The position numbers and the translations under genes are program-made. A DNA stretch of 42,073 nucleotides from Phoronis australis (taxonomy: Eukaryota; Animalia; Phoronida): contig NMRA01000650.1 of NCBI GenBank assembly GCA_002633005.1, positions 185,075 to 227,147 on the forward strand, in the 5' to 3' direction. This document shows positions 13,001-25,000 of this stretch, piece by piece. The notes below the pieces were generated by a model that was given only the letters and a program-made list of their open reading frames with translations, was not told the DNA's origin and ran no database searches. Numbering within the stretch: position 1 is the stretch's first letter; every line of letters starts with the position of its first letter.

Positions 13001-16000
13001 CACTGGTTGATATACAATTAATCTGAATGTTCATCATGGTCTTGGGTGAATAAACGCTTGATTCTTTCTGCAGCGAATTTAGCTGCTTGACGCTTGGGTC
13101 GATCAACAGCTCCTTGATTGATTTCAAAATCCGTGTTATCGTTGTTCATTAATTTACTGTGTTTTTCGAGCGGGTAGAGTTTAGCTATTGGTCGATTTGT
13201 CAACCCATTCCTTGTCTTGATGATTGCTGAACGTAGTAATCCGTCAGCTCCAATGTTCAAATATTTCTGAATTCTGCCACATGTTGCAGATTGACCGTGT
13301 CTCTCTCGGAGGGATGCTAAATATTCGTTTTTCCATCGTGTCCAAAGGTCTGTATACAGCTTATTCAAATATATCACTAGTCGATCCATGGAATCGTGTC
13401 GTAGTGTAAAATCTGGATCTTTAATTTCGTCAAGTTCTGTAAACTGGCGGGGTAATTTTGAAGTCATACGTCCATGGATCAGATGTGATGGGGTAAGTGG
13501 GGTTGAGTCGTCATTATCACTTGATACATATATCAATGACCTCTTGTTGATGACAGATTCTATTTCTGTCAGCACGGTAACAAGGTCGTCCTGCGTTACA
13601 CAAGATTTCCCAAGCACTTTCTTCATTGCCGATTTCGTTATACCGATCGACCTTTCATAGAATCCACCAAACCACGGGGCTCGTTTGGGGATGAATGTCC
13701 ATTTGATGCATTTCTGGAGTAGACATTTTTACACAGATTCGCTTGCAATAATATTCTTTATTGTTCCCGCTGATGATACAAAGGTAGATGCGTTGTCAGA
13801 AATTACGTGACTTGGGAGAGATCTTCGACTGCAAAATCTTCTAAAGGCTCTTAAAAACGCTCCTGTGGTCATATCTGTAACTAATTCTAAGTGATATCTT
13901 CTAGTCACTGTACAGGTAAAGAGCAAGACATAACATTTGTTTTGTTTCGATACAGCATTTTGATATTAGAGAGTACCTGTGTAGTCAACTCCAACAATCG
14001 TGAATGGCGGCGCTTCTTCCAATCTGTATTTCGGTAGTGGTGGATCCATGGGGATCGCGTAGGGTTGGCCATTGACTCGTAGGCATTGATCGCATTTTCG
14101 TAGCTCAGACTTGACAATCTGTCGAATTCTTGGTATCCAGAATTGAGTAATTGTAGATCAAGTTCCACCATGTTTTAACAAATCGCGTGCATGTTTGATG
14201 ATGGGAACAGTGAATCTGTCGTCACGAGGGAGTAACATCGGATATTCAGAATCGTATGGGATATTTGCATTCTCGAGCCTCCCCCGGCAGCGAATGATGT
14301 CGTCTTTGTCAAGAAATAACTTCAACTGTCGTACCAATGGACATTTCATTTTTGTTCCTCGTAAAACACTAAGTTCGCGAGAGTAATAGTTGCTCTGAAT
14401 GTGTTTCATCCACATTAATTTCACATTTTACAACTCATCCAGAGTCAGTTTTACACTTGTTGGTTATCTGCGTAACTTTTTCACAAACTTCAGAACATAG
14501 GATGTCACATGAAGCAAGCTGTCTAGGGTAGCAAAGTGCTTACTGTAAATTATAACACTGAGGTCAAGTTTACAAGTTACCTCAGGGTCTATCTGTTGGG
14601 TCTGCTGTTTCTCTTGTTGACCTTGTTACGTAACATGTCTGGTTGGTTGAGCACTACTTGGTTGTAGAGTCCCTGCAGTGAGCAATACTCTTGGCTGGTC
14701 ATCTGTTAAACTGGATAAAGTACATTGACTGTCAAAGCATGACATGACAGTGCTCGGTGATATACTGGTCGCATAGTCATCTGTAGGAAGAAAGCTAGGT
14801 CCATTCCACCAGAGATCGCTTGTATCGAGATTTGAGGCTGAAATGCCTCTGGTTAGCAGATCAGCAGGGTTTTGTTTGTTTGGGCAATATTTGTTTGCAT
14901 CAAACTTCTGTTGTTTAATTTCTCGTACTCTGTTTTCAACAAAAAATGGCAGTATTTTGTCGCAGAGTATCCAATGCAGCACAATTTGACTATCAGACCA
15001 CAAGGTCGTCTTCGTTATTTCCAGGTTTTTAAAGAGAGCATTTTTCACAAAGATCGATAATCTATCGCCAATCAAAACTGCCGTCATTTCCAATCGTGGT
15101 AGGGGAATTTCTTTAGTCGGTTTGACTCTCGTTTTTGCCATAACTATAGCCGCTTCTTGGCCTGCTTTGAGGTAGAATGCTGCGTCATATGCAAGGGTGC
15201 TGGCATCACAAAATACATGAATTTCAACCTGTTTTGTCACAGGGTTACTGAAATATTGGCGTGGAAGCGTAATTGATCGAGCTGCAATCAAGTGCTGGCA
15301 CATGGTGTTCCACTGATCACACAGTGTGGGTGAAAGGGTGCCGGCCCATTTCCATTTCTCTAACCATAGTTGTTGAATTAAAATCTTTGCCTTGACATGT
15401 ATTGGGGACAGGAATCCGAGATGGTCAAACAAGGCGGACGTGAATTTGAGACTTTGTCGCGTGGTCACTTCACTTCCTGGTTAAGTTGACTGTGGTGGAT
15501 ACATTATGTAATCTGAACTTGTATCCCACCCAAGGCCAAGGTCATTGACAGTTGGATTGGTGTCAGCTGTACCATCTGCAGCTATTCTTCCCTGTAGAAT
15601 GGGGTCAATGACCTTAATTTGAAGCCTGCTTGTTGCATAATACCATTGGCTTTGGCGTAGTATTCCACTGCCAGTTGAGAGGAATTTGTTTGGTCGTCAG
15701 TTGATGTAACACCACTTAGAATATTATCCACATAAATATTCAGTTGTATGTTGCTTGTCACAGGATCAGTATAGGTGTCCAAATGTGTCTAAATGACAGA
15801 GTTCAGAATGAATGGACTAGAGCTGGAACCAAATAAAAGAGACTTGAATCTGTACACTTTAAATGGGCTGTCTGGATTCGCTGGGTCTGTTAGCCATAGA
15901 ACTTTAGTAAAGTTGCGATCGTCTTCATGTAAGGGGACATTCAAAAAGGCCTTTTCAATGTCGCTTGTCAGTGTCACTGTCTTCGTAGGGAAACGTATCA

Positions 16001-19000
16001 AGGTTGAAACAAGGTCATTCAGTAGGGGTGTACCTGTTTCCACTCAGTGGGATTACCTTGCGTGGAACAGCTGCAGTCATAAACCACTTGGGTTGGTGTT
16101 GTCGCGCTGTCTTTCGTTACTGGGTGGTGAGGGATGTAATGACCAATGTTACGGTCAACGTCTGCAACGGGTTCTATGAAGTCCCTCATTAGTTGGTCAT
16201 TGATGACATCATTTTTGTTTTCTAGCGTTTTCTGGTCCAGGCGTTTAATCATCGATCGCGTACAGGCTTGAGTAATAGCGTAGTTAGTGGGCAGGGGGCA
16301 TGATCAGCCTTCCATGGTAACGGGCTATATATTTCCCAGTCATCATCTGTGATATTATCAGCGCAATAGGCATTGAAGTCAAAACCTGCCTCTTAAGTGT
16401 TGTCACCAATGCCAGTTGTTTCCAAATCCCAATATTTGGATGTGTCGGGGGTGTTTGTTGAGACTCTCATACAAGTCGTAGTGTTCATGTGGGCATCAGT
16501 TGGGGTTACATGTACGTTCGTAGGTCCACGCAACAAGTAACCTAGTTTCGACTTTACGTTGTCGTCAACAAGATTGTAGTAGTAGTCAGATCCAACCAAC
16601 AGGTCGATTTCAAAATCTTTCGAAGGCTCATGTTGGGCTAGGGGTAAATATCTCAGATAAAATTCTTAACAGGTGTCGCTATGTGGGGCACAATAACAGC
16701 AGACAAAGTTATTTTACCTTGGTTTACTGTGAGTTCAATAGTAGCAGCTGTTTTTTTCCATTGCGGTAGTTGTCCGATCTCCAAAGGTGGACAAGTAGAG
16801 TTTTCAGTAGGACAGTCGCTTTGCTGGATACCCAATTTCTCCGCAACACGGTATGTCATGAACGGGCGTTGGGATCCATCATCAAATAATACGTTAACTT
16901 TTGCATGGGCTGATCCTCTTGATATGGTGGTAACAGCGATCTTCAATAAGATTGGTCCTGACGTGGGTGTCAGCTTCACATGTCACATGTATCTTGGGGG
17001 GTTGGACTCGTAGGCGTCTCGGCAGAGGATTTCGCTTGTTGAATCAACGGAGAATTCGACGGCGATGGTTGATTCATGGTGGCATTGCACAACGAGGTGT
17101 GGTGTTTCTGTCCACAGTTGCGACAGGAAAACTTGGATATGTCAATCTCGTTTCAGGTGTCGGTCAGATAAACAGTTAAAGCCCAATCGAGCTTGTTTCA
17201 CGATGTCCTGTCGTTTTTTGACATCGGTCACGGATGTACACTGATAAGCAGTGTGGCCTTGGTTACAAAAAACACATCGGGGTGAGCGCTGAGGCGGCTG
17301 TCTATGTTGCGAGATCTGGTGGGTGTTGTTCCTCGGGTTGGGATACTTCGGTGGAGTGTATCTTGGCTGAGAGGGGCGTCTATTGCCACTTGGAGTTGAA
17401 CCGTAAGTTGGCCTTGGGCGATTCCCAGTATGAAAGGTAGAAGTTGTACATGTATAAAAATAGGTACATACATCAGTAGTTGTAAAATTTCCAGTTTGGT
17501 TGGCCTTGATCTCCTTGCCAAGGGCATTCACCAGTTGTTGGACGGACCATTTTTCTCCGACATGGTCACGATTTAATTGAATTTGCACATCCTTCGGTAT
17601 ATTTTGGCGTATGATGGTCACAAGCACATGGTCTTCGGCGGCGACTTGTCCTACGGTCTCTAAACCACGTAGGCACGTGTTAACACTATCGTAGAATCGA
17701 CGTAAGTTGGCAGCATCGGATGAGGGGGCAGGGATGTTCAGCAATGCCGTAGTGTAATGAGTTACTAGATCTTCAGTGTTACCATACCTGTCATTCAGTT
17801 AGTGGCAGACCTTCTATGACTTTGGCGGCGTCACCAGAGAGTTGAGCACATAAATATTGACGTTTCTGGATCGGGGCAAGAGTGGCATCTTTATGAATAA
17901 CATCTTCAAATGAGTGGTAGTATTCCAACCACTTCAGTTGGTCTCCAGAGAATACAGGTAGATGCAGTTTTGGGAGGTTGATCGTCGTCTTGAACCGGGC
18001 TTCGGTCGGTGTTGGCGTTGTTGTCGAGATATTTGACTCACTTGTAGGTGTGCTTTGACATTTATTAGTCTTGCCGTGGAACCTCATGTCCCGAAGGTGA
18101 TTTTCCACTTCATCCAGGTAGGACTGCATGTCTTCGGCATAATTATCTAGTTGGTCTGGGTCGACGTATTGGGCGTAGTTGGTGAACAGTTCGGTTACTG
18201 TTTTGATCTTTCCATGTAAATCATCCATGTGTTTTGCGAGTTGTAGTGTCGTGTCCGGTGTGTCCTCGTCTTGTTCCATGAGTTTATGAGAGGCCTTCAC
18301 AATCTGTGTGATTTGCCCTTTGATGGCTCTTCTTCGGAAGAAGTTCATTCTAGCATCTTGGCAGTTGACATCCATCTTGGGTCACTCGGCACCAGCAATG
18401 TTGGAGACATCGGCAATGTGTTGGGGATGGTCGTGGTAGTATAGTTGGGGTTACCCGGTTCTTGATTGAACGGTAGATATTTGGCTAACAAGGTAACAAC
18501 AGCAACTCGATGGAGAGCAGCATTAAAACTAACGCAGTCGTTGAGTTTCTACTGACACAAAAAGTTTATTAACTCTAGCTACAATATATATAGTGAAGAG
18601 AAATATGTGTGGGTTGTGAGTGCAAAACAACAGCAATATTGAGAGTTTCGGTGATTTCAACCAAAGCATAAACATAAATGGAGTCTGTACAGCTGTTTGG
18701 CATATAGGGTGTCACTATGAGTGGGCATTGGTCACTGGCATAGTAAACAACAACACAAGATGTCCGAAATTGTGATATAACATAAACTGTTTTGTTGGGA
18801 TAGTTGTACGTCATAGGAAATGATGAAATTTGCACTTTTAATTAAAATTAACTTCATGAGAATTCATGAAAAAACCACTGTTGAGGCTACAACCAATTCT
18901 AGGTTTGCGCACTCCGTTCTTAATGCATCGGTGACGTTAAAATCTGCGCTGGTTGCATGTATCAGTTGTTTGTTCACGTTCTTCCAAAAATAAATATTTT

Positions 19001-22000
19001 CTGTCAACAACATATTGACAAATTATGTAAAATAAAACAACTTTGAACGGGAAGATGTGAATACGTGGTGAAGAGGTATTTGTCTCTACACGGCATATGT
19101 GCGTGAATCTTTGGTAAAGCGCCGGATAGCGATGTCGAAAAGATGATAGAAAATAAACCAAGGTGCAGAATAATTCGTCTGTGCTCTGATGTAAGAAAAC
19201 CTACATTTTTTTGAAACAGCGCTCAATCTTCAAAAAAATCCAGCATGAGAATGCTTCATCAGAAATGCCAAGCATATACAGCGTTGTAAGACAGCTACAG
19301 TACGTTGACGTCTCCGTACATGTATGTCCACAAGTGCTTTGAGCAGTGTGTACAAATCGGTTTATTTCGCTTTTCTACACTGACGTATACGGCCAACACG
19401 GTGTTTTATAAAAGATCACTTTTGAGGGCATTTTCAAAAATTGATACGTTTGGTTGATGCATTCAGAGAGTCGGTGCCCACGTCGTACATCAAATGTACG
19501 CTTGGGGAGAAAACGTATCTGCGTAAAGAAATAGTTAAATTTTCAAACTTGTCAGAGTCGTGTGGTGTCATTACCTTACATTAATAAACCGAGGCCAAGT
19601 ACAAAGCAGGTCTTCAAAATTTAGATAAACAAAAATTACGGCATACTGATTACATGGTCACTGACTGGGATCACGTTCTTAGGCATACATGTACGTATAT
19701 TGTAATATCGGTTGAATTGTATGTTATAACTCTGAATATCCGTACGCCTATAATAAGCCATTCACATTTATATCTGATCACAATTCTCCCCCTGCTTTAA
19801 AAACAAACAATCGTTTAGATAATTTCGGAAAGAACGTGAACTAAACTGACATGACAAACACTACTTACTATAGTCCAGATTCTACATTCGAAGACCGCTT
19901 TTGTGAGAAAGAAACTCTCAGAAGGAGAAGTTTGTTATGACACGTAAATAAATATAACTGTTACCCCTTGGAGTAGACGCGAACCGCTAAGTATTGGGCT
20001 CGGCTTTGGTGCGAAACTGTTTACTAAATTAAATATTCAACTTTGCGCCGTTGTGGGTAAAAACTGAGCGAAAAAATTTTCCTTGACTAACCTAAATTAT
20101 CTACCGCAGTTTCAAAAATTGCTTTTCTACAATCACTCTGCTGCTAAAATAGTGGTGTGAACTTTTGCCTCGACTTTCGGCGCAATGAAATATTGCGTCA
20201 CCTATTAGCCAGTTTCTTTTTCCCAGATTCTTCAATCAAACGTTCTCTCTTAAACGTCACAACAAATGATCAGAATTGTTTTCACTTCATTGTATGTTTT
20301 TGGAATTTGATATCTGTAAACCGAATTTTAGAACAAATTTTGCTGCGATGTTGTCATCATCTAATGGGAGATGTCGAAAAAATTCTGTAAGTGGTGCGTG
20401 TCACGAATGTACTACTTTCAAAACGACGACATACATTTCTTTGTAACCAATGCAGTGAATTACACAAGAAATTGACGTCTTATATTTTCCCTTAAACGGC
20501 CCTAACGGGCAAGGTGAACGGCAATTGAGTTCCAGATTTTGCATGCACACCCGCCGGTTTTTAGCTCATGTTGATACAAGCTTCACGGCAAGGTGACGAG
20601 CATAACTATCCGGGCTGTGTGCAATTTCGAGGTCTGTCGGAGCTCAATACACAGTGGCACCTTGCTGTATTTTGACTATAGTCACCATACAGCTAGCTGG
20701 CTAGATAGGAAACAATTGTTTACTCTGAAAGTGATAACAAATTCAGAATGATGATGGATCATGTGTCACATTTTAACCAATCACATTCTTCCGTTTTCAT
20801 GCACCCATGATCTTAATCTCTGCACTATGTTAAAGCCATTGTTACTGTCGTCCTTAAAATAAACTTCTGTTCTACTGCTGTACCAACATATTAAGAAATT
20901 ATACAAAAATAAACAATAATTATCCTTGGTAAGGCGCATTATACAGTGGATGACATGAACAGAAGCATTGTTTATTGTTTGTTTTTGTTTTATCATTGCT
21001 TCAGTATTTTTACGAAACTTATTTATCCAAGCAATTATATTTTCAGACAATGCTTAACATTTTGGTCATGGCAAAGGCAAAACTAATAATATCTCGTTTT
21101 ATATCTGCATTTCACGGCCTAGCCAAAATCACATCAAGCCGTTAAGAATACAGGTTGCAAAAATTAACCAAATGTGCCAAATTATGTTTTAGGCCGTCGA
21201 GAAAATGTTGAGATCATGATTTTACCTGCGTCGTCTAGTAATTCCAAATTTGTTTGGTGCAACTCTATTTTTCTCTACTGCCATTGAATTCCCTTGGAGC
21301 TTCGACATAATGTCCAATCCGAGCGGCTTTCCATTACCGGGTAATTCGAGTTTGCTCCTTGGAACCGGATACATTGTACGTGACATAATTTTGCAGAATA
21401 TAGGTTAACCTCGAAACGACAACTGATCCCAGAATGCATGTCGCAGGGGTTACTAATCCTTCGGAGACATGAACCGAATGTGGAAATATGCTTTTAAATA
21501 TTGATAAAAGAGGGTTTCTTTTTGAAAAAGAATTTGTTCTAAAGCAGAATACGTGTGTGACCCACTATAGACTGCGTAGATGAAAAATTCGAACCACGCA
21601 GTCGCTTACAGAATGTCTCCGTGGACTACAGTGTATTTACACACTTAATACACTGCGACTCAAAACATTGGTCCGGTTACCGCATATTAAATGCATCTTG
21701 AAGTGTTGAAAATCAATTTCAGTGAGGTAAAATTAATGGTGGGAGCTTGCCAGAGCTGTTGGCGATTTATTGATTTTTATCAAAACTTGAGAGTGGCGAT
21801 TAGTAGACTAGTGGGCGCTTGTTACAAAACGTTTCAAAGATAGAGAATAGGCGTAAACTTGGATATGGTCGTTGTCCCGGATGGTTGCGTACTAACAAGT
21901 CAAAAGACTGCAATAGCAAGAAATGATGCAACACCATATTTTGGTCTAACGCACACCACCAAGGCGTGAATGTGTGGATTCGCTAACGCCCAAATGTTTT

Positions 22001-25000
22001 CTAGTCACCCGCAATTTTTTTCCTCTTTTTGGCTGACGTTTCAGTCGGAACAAATATTTTTCCAAGCACGTTGTAAAAATCAGTGACATAGTCGACTGAT
22101 GATCTGGGGAGTAAAAAATTGGCATGGTGTGTGCGAATGGAAGAATAAAATGATTGCTCAAAACTTTATGTATGATTGTTTAAAAAATAAGTTGCAATAG
22201 TTCCTGTACATGTACAAACTTAAAACTTGTCAGCTGAAAAAGAGGTTGTTTGCCTAGAAGTGGACTTAGGGTTGTAATTCACTTGCTTTCTGTCTTTTGC
22301 GAAAAAAAAAGTAGGAGGCGAGTTCAAAGAGGTCGTTACTTTACATTCCGAATCATGATACCAGCGAGGACTCGACCTAGCACACAAACAACAAAACTAA
22401 GTTGTGCCGCAATGGGATCTACTATCTGCATAGTCTTCGCATCATAGGGGTCAGGGGTGTGGCAGTAGCCCCCTATTTTCAGTGCTTTGCCTCCCATGGA
22501 CTACGGGCGGTGCTCCTCAGGGGGTCTGGCTGCTATAGCCCCCACATTCTTCAGTGCTGCACCACCCATGATCAGGGATATTATAATTTTACAATCAGGA
22601 CAATTAACTTAAAAAATGATATGTTTTTTTCCAAGACAAAGTTTGTTAAGTTGATCGTTTCAGAGTTATTGGAAACGTCACTGTTTTGTGACGTTGTATC
22701 TCGTGCTCCGGAATATTCCTCGGCACATCCGAAAATTTGCAAAATTATAAAAAAATACGTTTCAACAAAACGCGTCAAAAAGCCATTTCGCATTATTTCA
22801 CGTTTGCAATACACGTACATGTATGTTTACAAATGATAGACATTTATAGTTCCGTTCTCTGTTAGTGTCCTTTTGAACTTAATTTGGCAACAACGAAATT
22901 ATGGTCAGACCCAGATGAATTGCTTTATATTTGCCAGGTTTTTGCCGAGAGGTGTACAAGTAAAACTCAGTACGGTTATGTTGAAAATTCCAAGTCGCAT
23001 ATTTCGACTTGACACGAATAGCCAAAATCTCAGCTCGCACGAAAAGTTGGGTCTGTACAGTAGTACTATAGTACGGTGTCGAGAATGAATGGCAGATATA
23101 GCGATATACGATGGCAGATATAGGATATCATAAGGGGGGGGGGGTGTGACATTTTGTCTCGGACAAATGCGACCACGACTGCATGCACTTACCCAGGATA
23201 AACCGGAATTTGAACCTTCAACTGAAAACAAACCACTAAAAAAGTGTGCAGGCGGCCTCAGACGTACAACCAACTTAAAACTGCGCTCATTGTTGAATCT
23301 TGTCTCAGTCGTATGTTCATTACGGCGGTTAGTTCATGAACTCAATATTTCTTCACGCTCTTTTTTTATATTTTTGCGGGAAGGAGATGCAGGCACACGA
23401 AAAAACGAACACAATGACTGTGGCTTAATTTGTATCTTGCGGCATCTTTAATGCTTAACTTTGTATCAGGTTTTGATAATTGTAGTGAGACGCAGAACTG
23501 TGTTGACGTCCAAATGCATATTTAATTACCGATTTCCAATTTGTCTTCTAGTAATATATGGACAGATGTTCATGTGACGCATTGTACTTCTCCGGTGATT
23601 TTTCATAAACGATGAAATTTTAAAGATTTATTCACAAGTAGATATTTTTCAAACACGCAGTTGTTTTAAGGTTCAACATGTTATTATAATTTTTGGTATG
23701 GGTGATAATTTTCTATTACGCATTATTATCTTCCTGTAGGTATGTTTTATTTATTTTGTCCATTTACTAACCGTGTGGTGCAAGTGGCCGTCCGCAAATC
23801 GTGACGTAATATCAAAGTGCGGCTTATGTTCAAGACGTAGATTTTTTTGTACTCCGTGTTTGCTTGTCATCAAAGAAATCGTGATGTTCCCTTTGCATGT
23901 GAAATTCTTTGAGACCTCATTTTTTAACATTTCCCTCTTTAAACACCATCCTAGGGTAGAATATCGATCATCTTAAATTTCTGCTACCTTGATGACCTGC
24001 CATTCCAAATAAGGAGACGTGCTTTGCCTTGTGTGTTGACATATGGCCTTTTTGAAATTTGGAATTTGCTCTGACATGAACAGAAGTTAAGCATAGTTAC
24101 AAACTAACCCTAACAAGACCAGGTGAGCAGGCTAAATTCTGTTCATGTTGTAGAGAATTACTTCCAATATTTCAAATAAGTTTGTTTATCGGGTTCCAAG
24201 CCTCTAATAAAAGACATTTTGGAAGTTAATAGTTAAACATTCAATTGCACGTCAACACTGAATTTCATTTCCCTGAAATGTTCAAAACCTGATACATATT
24301 TGATCTTTAAATGGCTTCTGAACTAAATCAAGCAATGCCATTTTGATCGTGTTAATCGTGATGAGAAATAAATATTGAGTTCACAATACATTAGTAACCA
24401 TTAGGACAAAGCATCGGGTTAAAGGTCAAGAATTGGAACGTATCACTTCTTCTTACTTTACAAGTACGATTCCCAGACCCGAGCGTTCACTAGTTACATG
24501 TACCTACAGCAGGGTGATAATCACTCGTAGTGATTAATTTCATGACCCACTTTCATCAAACGAGTGACAATGACATTTAAAAAGACAGCCACACAACCAT
24601 GACAAGAACATCCCTACTTTAAAACCACAATTGCGTGGTCACAGTTACCTAATATTCTCTGCATGTTAGAGTGTTGCAATAATAAAACTGTACAGACTCA
24701 AAGTCTCATGCAACCTGAGGATTTGGCCACCAGTATCAACTTGCAATATGCCGCTTGGAATTTCCAACATATGATTAGTGAGTTTTTATATGTACACTTC
24801 TGGCAGATACCTGGCAAACATCTAGCAATTCGCGTTGCTTCTTCCATATTTTAATTGTTGCGAAAAGAAGTTCACAAGAACACTAACGGAGAACAGTCTC
24901 ATTGATGTCTTGGTGGTAAACACACATGTCACGTGTGAGTAAGAAATAGTGCAGAATACATCTTTGACGCGTTTTGTTGACCGTAATTTTAGATATTTTT

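Larger units (their letters stand above)
12390..18871 (-). mobile_element. Full-length, decayed BEL/Pao LTR retrotransposon (~6.48 kb)
   Basis: Two similar LTRs in direct orientation. 5-bp TSD AAACC at 12385-12389 and 18872-18876. PBS and PPT present. Domain order gag-protease-RT-RNaseH-integrase on the minus strand, with many stops and frameshifts. Confidence 0.96.
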
